Assembly: GCA_015522685.1 (NCBI GenBank)
Contig: WALU01000007.1
Span: 1 to 19,220, forward strand
Length of the DNA: 19,220 nucleotides
Origin: Thermoproteota archaeon
Lineage (GTDB): Archaea > Korarchaeota > Korarchaeia > Korarchaeales > Korarchaeaceae
Direction: 5' to 3'
Numbering within the stretch: the stretch's first letter is position 1; every line of letters starts with the position of its first letter. The notes beneath the pieces are model-generated. The model had not been told where the DNA came from. It searched no databases and saw only the letters and a program-made list of their open reading frames with translations. A program made the translations under genes and the position numbers. This document shows positions 1-8,054 of this stretch, in pieces.

Positions 1-1
1 G

Positions 2-170
2 TTCAGGAGATTCCTAGGGCCAGTAGTTAAGAATGAGGCCTTTGAGAGGACAACTCCATCACACTCACTCCGCCAAAGCTTATAGCGTACTTTATATGAA
101 TAAAAAGAGAGAGGATGGCGAGTTAGTCTCCACCATCACTACTTTTCTGGAGAAGTCAAGTAAGGCCTAA
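2..170 (+). pseudogene. Possible degraded tyrosine recombinase/integrase C-terminal fragment (cut by window edge)
   Basis: The frame from base 2 reads FRRFLGPVVKNEAFERTTPSHSLR. Skipping one C (74), it continues KAYSVLYMNKKREDGELVSTITTFLEKSS, loosely like the HxLR...LGHSS motifs of tyrosine recombinases. This needs a frameshift and GH appears as EK, so support is weak. Confidence 0.25.
101..137 (-). terminator. Putative terminator of the split-metE operon
   Basis: On the minus strand just after the metE stop: imperfect stem GATGGT-G-GAG/ACTAA/CTC-GCCATC followed by the pyrimidine run CTCTCTCTTTTT. Confidence 0.35.
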
Positions 171-1253
171 CTCCTTCTCTGCTATCCTAGTACCCTTAAC
201 CATGTTCTTCAGCTTCTGATAAGCTACATCCCATGTCCTGGTCCTGAGGCCACAGTCAGGATTCACGTAAATATGCTCCGGAGGGAGCACATTGGCGGCG
301 TAAGCGATCCTGCTCCTTACCAGCTCAGGAGGCTCTATGAAATCAGAGTGGACATCTATAACACCAAGACCAAGCTCCTTATCGTATGAGTACTCCTTGA
401 GCAGGTGCAATATCTGGTAACCTGACCTCTTTTCATCATCTCTATTAGCAAACTCAAGTAGAAATTGTTCACACCTTCTCATCCTTAGGATATGAGGGAG
501 CAGGACAGAGTAATCGCTGTAGCATATGTGCATCACGAACTTGGCCTGAAGTCCTTGGACCATCTCATTGAAAGCCTCTACGAATATAGGTATCTCGTCC
601 GGCTTTGTGGTAGCAGCTGGCTCGTCTATCTGTATGATCTCTGCCCCCTCTCTAATCAGGGCTTCGAGATTAGGTCTTAGGATCTCCTTGGCTAGGTCAA
701 AGACAAACTCCTTCTTGGCCTCCTTTCTAGCCTCCTCGCTGCCGAAGTGCTTCCTCATGTAGTACTCATTGAAAGACCATTCAGCTAGCGTGTAAGGACC
801 GGTTACAGGAAGCTTTACTCTCCTTCTAGCATGCTTATTCGTGAAGATGAACTCTTCGATGTGATAAGGCTCCTTGAGCCTCGGCCTATCTACAACAGCT
901 GCCTTCCTGTAGTACTTGCTGTCGAAGCTCCTCACATGCCCCACGAACTCGAAGCCCTCAATCCTCTTGATGGGATACTCGTACATCTCAGTCCTGAACT
1001 GCTCCCCATCAAAAACTATATCCAAACCTGCAGTCTCTAAGAACCTTATGGCCTGAAGGGCTGAGTGTTCTATCACTTTCTTAGCATTCTCAGGCGTCTT
1101 TTCTTGTCTCAATATATCATAATCAAAGCTAGTACCAAGAATCTGATCCCACTTCTTTATCTCTCGGAAGTCCTCCTCGGTAAGGAGGAGCCCTCTTAGG
1201 TATTTAACCCTCCAGTTGGGCTTGGCAAGGCTCCCTATCTCTTGAGTTATCAT
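156..1253 (-). CDS. metE: Cobalamin-independent methionine synthase, catalytic Zn-binding subunit (split MetE, C-terminal half)
   Basis: 365 aa. Motifs EIGSLAKP, DGEQFR, PVTGPYTL, IQIDEPA, HICY, LEFA, GVIDVH and NPDCGLRT (His/Cys/Glu/Cys Zn ligands). GAGGTG RBS upstream; ATGA overlap with the upstream gene. Confidence 0.92.
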   Translation of the reverse strand: MITQEIGSLAKPNWRVKYLRGLLLTEEDFREIKKWDQILGTSFDYDILRQEKTPENAKKVIEHSALQAIRFLETAGLDIVFDGEQFRTEMYEYPIKRIEGFEFVGHVRSFDSKYYRKAAVVDRPRLKEPYHIEEFIFTNKHARRRVKLPVTGPYTLAEWSFNEYYMRKHFGSEEARKEAKKEFVFDLAKEILRPNLEALIREGAEIIQIDEPAATTKPDEIPIFVEAFNEMVQGLQAKFVMHICYSDYSVLLPHILRMRRCEQFLLEFANRDDEKRSGYQILHLLKEYSYDKELGLGVIDVHSDFIEPPELVRSRIAYAANVLPPEHIYVNPDCGLRTRTWDVAYQKLKNMVKGTRIAEKELGLT

Positions 1254-2119
1254 GATGAAAGCACCTCCACCACGGCATGAAGGAGTATCATTTTCCTCTT
1301 GGCATACTCATAAGGGAGGAACTCTAGGTCACAGTTTGAGGAGATATGTCTCACCTCTTGAAATGAGGTAGTCATCCTAACTAGGCGGTTTAGGTCTTCC
1401 ATGTACGTGTTTCTCCCATTTACAATTCCTAAGGTAAGAGGAACCCCTAAATCATCCATAGGAAGTCCTTCTACAAGGTCCAGGCCTATCTCAGGCACTT
1501 CTCTCTCGGCTAGGAATACGTAGGCCTCTGAAGGGTCTCCAAAGTAGAGGTGAACAGATGCGTTAAGCTCTCTAGCGAACTCAGCTACCCAGTCATAATC
1601 CTCCTTATTAGGCTCCCACTTTCTGTACCTGTAGACCAGTGCGGGCTCGTTGATCTGGACTGCATTGGGCCTGAGGTCGGCTATAATCTCCTTATAAATC
1701 GAGAGGAGCTTCTGATAGAATATAACCTTTCCTGACTTTACTTCCGACATCACATAAAAGGTGTATGGCCCAGGCAGTATTAGCTTCTCGCCACTGAAGG
1801 GCAAGCCTCCGAGATACTTTATCTTCTCTCTGATTATAGGTTTTCTGTAGAATGTGTTATTATCAAAGAACCTAGTCAGGGGACCGGCTTCCATCCCATC
1901 TACGACTTCAGTTATGGGTCTGAATATGTCCTGCCACCTGAAGAGACCATCTATCGTCGGTTTGAAATTCCATCTAGCTTGAAGAGATTTCAGTTCATCT
2001 TCCACCTTCATGAAACCATCTTCAAGTTCCTGAGCTGTTGCCCTCCCTCTATCATAATCCCTTGTCAGCCTGACTAGCCACTCAGGTCTTGGATGTATTC
2101 CTACTAGAGTTGGTTCCAT
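1250..2119 (-). CDS. MetE N-terminal-like barrel subunit (non-catalytic half of split MetE)
   Basis: 289 aa. Motifs VGIHPRP, DGLFRWQD, TRFFDNNTFYRKP, LPGPYTF, QINEPAL, HLYFGD, GIVNGRNT and NCDLEFLP match the MetE N-terminal domain. It lacks HxC. Translationally coupled to metE. Confidence 0.85.
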   Translation of the reverse strand: MEPTLVGIHPRPEWLVRLTRDYDRGRATAQELEDGFMKVEDELKSLQARWNFKPTIDGLFRWQDIFRPITEVVDGMEAGPLTRFFDNNTFYRKPIIREKIKYLGGLPFSGEKLILPGPYTFYVMSEVKSGKVIFYQKLLSIYKEIIADLRPNAVQINEPALVYRYRKWEPNKEDYDWVAEFARELNASVHLYFGDPSEAYVFLAEREVPEIGLDLVEGLPMDDLGVPLTLGIVNGRNTYMEDLNRLVRMTTSFQEVRHISSNCDLEFLPYEYAKRKMILLHAVVEVLSS

Positions 2120-2181
2120 AGAATAACTAGCATTTCAGGTTCCAATAAAACTTGTTCGTCTATCAATTTGTGATACTCTTT

Positions 2182-2538
2182 ATGTTCAGTTCATCAAAAG
2201 GGAATGAGGTTTATGTTGCCGCTCCAACCAAGAAGACCTTGAGGACTGTTGTCCATGATTTCGAGCCGGGATGGGAGACATACACAGAGAAACCAGGTTA
2301 GAGATCTGCATGGGTGGACAAGGAATTTAAGGAGGTTAAACTGAGGAATATGATGGGTTGGTCATACTGGGTGGTAGATCTAAAGGCTCGTGAGACTGAG
2401 TATCTAGATCAGTAGGTCGTAGTAGACGGCAACCTAGTCATCGCAAGGGCTTGGCCATATCTGCCTGCATGGATGCATGAGTTTATAAAGCTCCTAGAAA
2501 ATGAGTCAGCTTCATTATTTCTCCCTTATTATTTCTAG
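2182..2538 (+). pseudogene. DJ-1/PfpI family protease/deglycase pseudogene
   Basis: Reads EVYVAAPTKKTLRTVVHDFEPGWETYTEKPG*(TAG 2299)RSAWVDKEFKEVK, then a frameshift near 2341 into EEYDGLVILGGR, then jumps to DLKARETEYLDQ*(TAG 2413)VVVDGNLVIARAWPYLPAWMHEFIKLL. The usual N-terminus and the ICHG nucleophile region are missing. Confidence 0.85.
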
Positions 2539-2973
2539 TTTTTCCTTTATAGCATCACATCTTTCTCTAAAGAGACCAATCTCCTACTTAGGAAAGTGCT
2601 GAGATCGTCTCTCATATTCTTCAGCTCCTTAAGCGTCTCACCCTGCTTCTGATCATGGATATTCCGACTTCTATCATCCTCTCAAGCTGGAGTGTGGTGA
2701 AATACAACCTGAATTTCTCTATACCCTTCACAGGGCCTTCATAATTCTCAAATTCTATGCTACCCACTTCAGCGCTCTCAGGCACGAATTTTCTCGCATT
2801 TCTCTCAAATCCCCTAACATCCTCTTTATCTCCCCCTCAAGGCTTCTATCATCCTCTTACCTATGTCCCTTGCTTGAAATCTGTAAGATTGTACTCACTT
2901 GCTAAATTAAGGAGTAGCATGCGGTATCTTATATCCTGCACTCTGTTCCCTTTGATGAGAGCCTGCGTTTCAT
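2515..2973 (-). pseudogene. Acylphosphatase-like protein with C-terminal coiled coil, multiply frameshifted
   Basis: Stitched minus frames give MKR.LIKGNRVQDIRYRMLLLNLASEYNLT / FQARDIGKRMIEAL / GDKEDVRGFERNARKFVPESAEVGSIEFENYEGPVKGIEKFRLYFTTLQLERMIEVGISM / QKQGETLKELKNMRDDLSTFLSRRLVSLEKDV / IKEKLEIIREK*. This resembles the acylphosphatase GxVQGVGYR motif plus a heptad tail. Confidence 0.7.
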
Positions 2974-3074
2974 CGTTTACATCTTCTCATAAGGTGATTT
3001 AAAAGTTATTAAACAATGGATGTCAGGAGAGCTATTCTTAAAAGTTTTACAACAGATTTCAGTAATCCTTCATT

Positions 3075-3899
3075 CTAAATGAGAGAGGTGAGCAGTACTA
3101 TGCCCCCCACCAGGAAGCAGTAATAGGAGAACCAGTGAAAATGATTTCTCCTTATTACAGCAAGAAGGAACTTGATTGCGAGAATTCCCACTATAAAGGA
3201 GCTGAGAAATCCTATTAGGTTGCCTAATGACATTATATGGCTTAGAGGAGAGTTTACTACTTCTAGGGTTAAAGCTCCAGCTACGGCTGGGATAGAAAGT
3301 AGAAATGAGAACTTAACAGCATCATCTCTATCGATTCCAAGGAGCAAACCTGTTGATATAGTTGATCCAGATCTAGAAATCCCGGGAAGGATAGCTACTG
3401 CCTGAGCTAACCCAATGATTGTGCATGATTTAAGATTCAACTTCTTAAAATGCTTAGAATTCTTAGTGAGGTAGATCCAGAGACCTGTTACTAATAGACA
3501 GAAGCCAACAAGTTCTAAATTATTGAAGATAACGTCTACATAATCCTTGAGGAGATATCCTACTATAGCTATGGGAATTGTACCTACTATAATGTACCAT
3601 GAGAGTTCCCTCTTCGCGCTTGAATAGAAAGCATGTAATCCATCATGGGGAATTTCTAAGAAAGTCATGAAAAAATTAGCGATCAGATCTATGAAATCGC
3701 GCCAGAAGGTGACTATAACAGCTAGCAAAGTCCCTCCATGAACCATGATATCAAACAGGACAGAATTATAAGAAAAGAGAAGCTTTTGCATTATGACTAA
3801 ATGGCCTGAACTGCTTATCGGTAGCCATTCAGTGATTCCTTGGATCACTCCTAAGAGAAGAGCAAATATAGGATCCATACAGCTCAACATTTTCATCAA
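3075..3899 (-). CDS. uppP: Undecaprenyl/polyprenyl-diphosphate phosphatase (BacA/UppP family)
   Basis: Motifs QGITEWLPISSSGHL, HGGTLLA, PGISRSGSTI and FSFLLSIPA; multiple transmembrane segments. The true start may be one of the next few ATGs (e.g. MDPIF). Confidence 0.93.
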   Translation of the reverse strand: MMKMLSCMDPIFALLLGVIQGITEWLPISSSGHLVIMQKLLFSYNSVLFDIMVHGGTLLAVIVTFWRDFIDLIANFFMTFLEIPHDGLHAFYSSAKRELSWYIIVGTIPIAIVGYLLKDYVDVIFNNLELVGFCLLVTGLWIYLTKNSKHFKKLNLKSCTIIGLAQAVAILPGISRSGSTISTGLLLGIDRDDAVKFSFLLSIPAVAGALTLEVVNSPLSHIMSLGNLIGFLSSFIVGILAIKFLLAVIRRNHFHWFSYYCFLVGGIVLLTSLI

Positions 3900-4392
3900 G
3901 ATATAACATTAACTAAATTTCTAAGGGGAGCATTCTCACATTCGAGGATTCTGCTCTTTCGTCAACCATGAAGGATAGCCTGAAGGTCAGTGAGCCTCTC
4001 GAAAAGTTAAGTTATATTCTCTCTCTTCTAGTATGTAAGAATCAGCTAACTACGTATTAAAAAGGATATGAAGGATCCTACTCGACTTTCACAGGAAGTA
4101 CAATCTCAAAACAGGTATGTTTAGAAGAGCGATAATCTCCATGAAAACTAGAGAATGTTAATTTTGATGTTCTTCTTCTGGAGAATCACAGAATTTCTAG
4201 CTCTCATGCAACTTTTCTTTGAGGAGGTCGGTTTGCCAAAATTGAAGACTCTCATATTTTGGTGACTAAGACCTAGAAGGAAAATAGATTTCTTAGCTTG
4301 AATCTCTCAAAATTTTTAGAAGAAGAGAAGATGGAAAGATATGAATATGTATGAAATAAATAAATGTATATGTAGTAGTTTAATCTCTAAGA

Positions 4393-5154
4393 TCAGACTT
4401 CTCCTCTCAGGAATTTTATTGTCAGCTCATGCTTCGGGTTTAATGCTATAGCATTCGTGAGACCGAACTCGACAAGCTCTCCCATGTAGAGGAAGGCTAT
4501 ATAATCGGAGATCCTTACAGCTTGATGAGGTGTGTGAGTTACCAGCAGTATAGTTATATTTAGGTTCTTTATCAGATCCTTCAGGGCTTCCTCTATCTTA
4601 GCCGCATTCACTGGATCTACGTTTCCAGTGGGCTCATCTAAAAGGAGGAGCTTGGGTTTAAGGGCTAAAGCTCTAGCCAAACAGAGCCTCTGCTGTTGTC
4701 CTCCACTTAGCCTCATTGGATGATCTGATAGCCTGTCCTTCACCTCATCCCACAGCATGGCCTTCTCAAGGGCCCATCTAACCAATTCATTCAATATCTT
4801 TTTATTCCTGACGAGGCCATTGAGCTTCGGCCCTATTGCCACATTATCATATATGCTCATGTTAGGAAAGGGATTGGGAGTCTGAAATACCATTCCCATG
4901 AGCCTCCTTATCTTATAAGGATCTGTTGAGTAAACATCGGTATTGTAAACCAGAACCTTACCCCTAACTTCACTCTCCGGTATGAGATCTATGAGCCTGT
5001 TTATACTCCTGAGCAAGGTCGATTTACCTGAGCCTGAAGGACCCATGACCGCTAATATGCAATTCTCAGGTACATCCAGTGTCATTCCCTTTAATATATG
5101 CTTTTTCCTTATCCAAACGTTGACATCCTTCATTTGAAGAGCATATTTCTTCAC
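4393..5154 (-). CDS. pstB: Phosphate ABC transporter ATPase
   Basis: Walker A GPSGSGKST, MVFQTPNPFP, LSGGQQQRLCLARALA, LLLDEPT and VTH. Start reassigned from 5235 to GTG at 5154 (GGAGGTG RBS, GTGA overlap with the pstA stop). Confidence 0.95.
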   Translation of the reverse strand: MKKYALQMKDVNVWIRKKHILKGMTLDVPENCILAVMGPSGSGKSTLLRSINRLIDLIPESEVRGKVLVYNTDVYSTDPYKIRRLMGMVFQTPNPFPNMSIYDNVAIGPKLNGLVRNKKILNELVRWALEKAMLWDEVKDRLSDHPMRLSGGQQQRLCLARALALKPKLLLLDEPTGNVDPVNAAKIEEALKDLIKNLNITILLVTHTPHQAVRISDYIAFLYMGELVEFGLTNAIALNPKHELTIKFLRGEV

Positions 5155-5993
5155 AAGAACACCTCCTTCGTATATCTCCTTGATATCAGGAATATTGCTA
5201 GGAATATCATCATTAGAACAAAAGCAGCTCCCCATGCAATCTGATGGAAGTTTCTGTAAGGGGTTTGCGCGAAGTCAAATATCAACAGGGAAACGGAATC
5301 TCCATAATCTAAGGGACTGAGTGGGAGGGAAAGTCTGTCTCTTCCCAAAGTAAATAGCAGAGGAGCAGTTTCTCCCATTACCTTGGCGAATCCTATTAGC
5401 ACGCCAGTGAGTATTCCTCTCCTAGATATGCCAGCTAATATCTTAAACACTACTTTAGGTCTAGAAAGGCCTAAAGCAAAGCCAGCTTCTCTGTAAGTGA
5501 AAGGTACTCCTTCTAAAGCTTGCTCTACATATGTAGTGACATAAGGTATCATTATTATCGCTAAAGCTAGAGAGCCAGCGAGTATTGAGAAACTATGAAT
5601 TGGCAGCACAAGTACTACATAGATCAGCATCCCTACCACGACTGACGGAATTTCCAGAAGGGCCTTGCTGAGGGTCCTTACACCTCTAGCTACTACATTA
5701 TCTGGAAATTCTACAGCAAATACTGCGGCGAAGAAGGATAGGGGTATACCTATAAGGGATGAGAGAAAAGCTAAAAACAATGTACCAGCTAATGAGGGAG
5801 CTATGCCACCGAGGCCGCTCTTAGGAGCAGGAGGAACATCCGTTATAAACCTGAGCCCATCAGATGCCAAAACAGAGGCTCCATTCCATATTATTGATAA
5901 GAACACATGAAAAACGGGAAATATCGCTGCCATCGATAGTATAACTACCGTAGCTAGGAAGATTTTCTCCTTTAAGTCACGCCATTCAGGCAT
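5151..5993 (-). CDS. pstA: Phosphate ABC transporter permease
   Basis: GGIAPSLAGT, EIPSVVVG, EAA-like loop YREAGFALG and GETAPLLFT; lies between pstC and pstB. Confidence 0.93.
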   Translation of the reverse strand: MPEWRDLKEKIFLATVVILSMAAIFPVFHVFLSIIWNGASVLASDGLRFITDVPPAPKSGLGGIAPSLAGTLFLAFLSSLIGIPLSFFAAVFAVEFPDNVVARGVRTLSKALLEIPSVVVGMLIYVVLVLPIHSFSILAGSLALAIIMIPYVTTYVEQALEGVPFTYREAGFALGLSRPKVVFKILAGISRRGILTGVLIGFAKVMGETAPLLFTLGRDRLSLPLSPLDYGDSVSLLIFDFAQTPYRNFHQIAWGAAFVLMMIFLAIFLISRRYTKEVFL

Positions 5994-6918
5994 ATAGCTT
6001 CCTCACTCTCCTCATCATTATAACACCTATACCACTGAATATCACGCCTAAAGCCAAGAGGACTAGGCTACCTGCAAACATGACGTTCTCCATAAGTGGA
6101 TAGAATGTGGACTCAGAGAACTGATTTGCTATAAGAGATGATATAGTATAGCCAGGAGCAAAGAGACAGGGAGATACATTAAAAGCATTGCCCACAACCA
6201 GAGCTACAGCTACAGTCTCACTCGCAGCCCTCCCAAGGCCTAAGAGAAGTGCTGCAACTATAGCTGGTTTTATCATGGAGAAAAGTATCCTGAAATACTC
6301 ATATCTGTTAGCTCCCAAGGAGAGAGCTGCTTCCCTATAAGTGTGAGGGATATGCCTGTAGGTATCCTCTATGATGCTGTACATGAATGGAATTATCATT
6401 ATGGCCAGCAACAGACCAGCAGCTAGGAAAGAAGCCCCGCTTAGTGGATCACAGGAGAACAGAGGGATAAAACCGAGTTTGGAGTGGAGTGGGATCATTA
6501 TATTATCTCTAATCAAGGGGACCATGACCTCCAAGCCCCACAAGCCGTAGAGTATAGTTGGCAACCCGGCCATCAGGTCTATTGTAGAAGAGAACAACTC
6601 CCTCATCTTTTGGGGAGCGATCTCCTCCACCATGTATACAGTGGATATAGATAATGGAAGCGCTATGCTTGCAGCTATAGCGGAGGTAACGAGAGTACCA
6701 TATAGAGGAGCTAGAAGTCCGTATCTGACGAACTCCATACCCTTCTCAGATGCCTTCCATACATTTTCAGTTAGTAGTTGAAGTCCAAACCTCTGGAAAG
6801 CCGGCCAAGCCATATATATGAGGATATAAGCTAGCAATGCAAACAGGGCAAATATGAGAGAGGCTATAGGTAATAGCATCAAGAAAAAACCTTTATCTAC
6901 CTTAGGAAGGAGCTTCAT
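5986..6918 (-). CDS. pstC: Phosphate ABC transporter permease
   Basis: YGLLAPLYGT, AGLPTILYGLWG, REAALSLGA, GRAASETVAV and TISSLIANQF; GAGGTG RBS. Confidence 0.93.
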   Translation of the reverse strand: MKLLPKVDKGFFLMLLPIASLIFALFALLAYILIYMAWPAFQRFGLQLLTENVWKASEKGMEFVRYGLLAPLYGTLVTSAIAASIALPLSISTVYMVEEIAPQKMRELFSSTIDLMAGLPTILYGLWGLEVMVPLIRDNIMIPLHSKLGFIPLFSCDPLSGASFLAAGLLLAIMIIPFMYSIIEDTYRHIPHTYREAALSLGANRYEYFRILFSMIKPAIVAALLLGLGRAASETVAVALVVGNAFNVSPCLFAPGYTISSLIANQFSESTFYPLMENVMFAGSLVLLALGVIFSGIGVIMMRRVRKLYA

Positions 6919-7007
6919 GATAGCACCTCTGGCAATAGCTTAGGAGACTACACCCTTCGAAAGTTAGCAACCAGTATAAGCCAGCGGATCTCCACACGAC
7001 AAGCCAT
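6919..7007 (-). pseudogene. Possible collapsed remnant of pstS (19-codon ORF at 6948-7007 plus an out-of-frame tail)
   Basis: A GGTGAT RBS (7016-7011) precedes ATG 7007: MACRVEIRWLILVANFRRV*. A shifted frame reads LTFEGCSLLS up to the pstC RBS. It occupies the usual pstS slot; the identity is inferred mainly from position. Confidence 0.3.
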
Positions 7008-7044
7008 CGTATCACCGTGGATTATCTAACTTTCTCTAATAAGG

Positions 7045-7110
7045 AAAAACTATAAACATTGTGAGAATATTTCTCAAAGAAATATTAGGCTATATAGTTC
7101 TATATATCTA
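7045..7110 (-). promoter_or_regulatory. Putative pst promoter with operator-like repeats
   Basis: TATA-like TTTATAG (7056-7050, minus). Overlapping inverted repeats TGAGAA-N3-TTCTCA (7062-7076) and AATATTTCT-N3-AGAAATATT (7066-7086). Tandem CTATATA at 7090 and 7100. Confidence 0.5.
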
Positions 7111-7180
7111 TCCATACAGAACGATCTCTAGGAGCATATCTAAGAGGAGTGTAGGATAAGCATCGCAACAAGTAGGTGAC

Positions 7181-7876
7181 TTAGAGAGGAACATCTCTCC
7201 CATTTACCTCTATCTTACACCTTTCACCAGCGGATATTATTGCGAGATCTCCCTTTCTAATATCTAACTGCCTTAGATCTAAGGAAGCATTTCCACAAGA
7301 GATCCTCGCAGATCCCTCCCATCTAGCAAGGAATATGTGATCTGAAAGCTTGACGAGGTTTAGGCCTTTTACTGGATTCTCCCAATTCTCTACAATACCT
7401 CTGGTATAAATAACTTGAGGAGGATGCAGGATCCCTTTCAGACAGTCAGGTACCTTTACCTTTGAATCTCCTATCCTCAACTCTGAACCTGCTGGGAGCC
7501 TAACTAGAAGAACTGGCGTTTGGACGTATATACTCCTAATTTTTTTCACCATGGTAACATTCTTCTCAAAAATTTTGGAACCATTCTCCCATATCTCAAT
7601 GGGGATCTCCTTACTAAGCTCTACGTCCGCTGGAAAGAATATCCAATATCTAACTAACGCATAGCAATCACTGTTGCAAGATATGACTGCTACTTCCGTG
7701 GAGGCCATTTTCGTTCCAGATCCGCACCACCTAGCTACAAGCTCATCAGCCGGTGGCCAAGCTATAGGTAGCTCGGATACCTCTACCTCCTTTCCTTTTC
7801 CTCTCTTCATGAAAAGGACAATTACAGAGAATATCGCTAGGGCTATCAGCACTACAACTATAATCCTCTGACTCAT
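7181..7876 (-). CDS. Hypothetical membrane-anchored/secreted protein
   Basis: 231 aa ORF with an N-terminal hydrophobic helix (IIVVVLIALAIFSVIVLFM) followed by a beta-rich region with six Cys. No family recognised. Confidence 0.75.
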   Translation of the reverse strand: MSQRIIVVVLIALAIFSVIVLFMKRGKGKEVEVSELPIAWPPADELVARWCGSGTKMASTEVAVISCNSDCYALVRYWIFFPADVELSKEIPIEIWENGSKIFEKNVTMVKKIRSIYVQTPVLLVRLPAGSELRIGDSKVKVPDCLKGILHPPQVIYTRGIVENWENPVKGLNLVKLSDHIFLARWEGSARISCGNASLDLRQLDIRKGDLAIISAGERCKIEVNGRDVPL

Positions 7877-8004
7877 CTCTAACCTTATTAGTTCCCTCCT
7901 CTCATAATAAAAGGCTGAACATTATATATGGAAAAGTATTCCTCCCATCCGATGATCTAGGGGTGTTGTAGAAGCAAGTTGGTTGATTAGTTACATATAG
8001 GCTA

Positions 8005-8050
8005 AAAAGAAGAAAAAATGAAATGAAGTGAGTAAGAAAAAGAGAAAGAA
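8005..8050 (-). terminator. T-rich terminator downstream of the ppdK relic
   Basis: Minus-strand pyrimidine/oligo-T tracts (TTTCTTTCTCTTTTTCTT, TTTTTTCTTCTTTTT) directly after the TAA at 8055. Confidence 0.4.
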
Positions 8051-8054
8051 AGCT

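Noticed and set aside
28-100. Minus-strand TATA box and short ORF (VSVMELSSQRPHS*)
   Set aside because: It stops after about 13 codons and has no supporting similarity.
492-1735. Short plus-strand ORFs opposite the metE subunits
   Set aside because: Antisense shadows of well-supported genes.
2299-2415. Two in-frame TAG codons in the pfpI relic as pyrrolysine/amber recoding
   Set aside because: The gene also has a frameshift and a core deletion. The TAGs are one step from Tyr and Glu codons, and hemB ends normally in TAG.
2757-3002. 81-aa plus-strand ORF
   Set aside because: Shadow of the minus-strand acylphosphatase-like pseudogene; no recognisable motifs.
3900-4392. Possible relic in the uppP-pstB gap (RILLDFHRKYNLKTGMFR, faintly NAD-epimerase-like)
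   Set aside because: Match too short and no YxxxK or Rossmann motif; cannot be supported without a search.
5155-5235. N-terminal extension of PstB in the ORF track
   Set aside because: It overlaps pstA; GTG 5154 has an RBS and a standard GTGA coupling.
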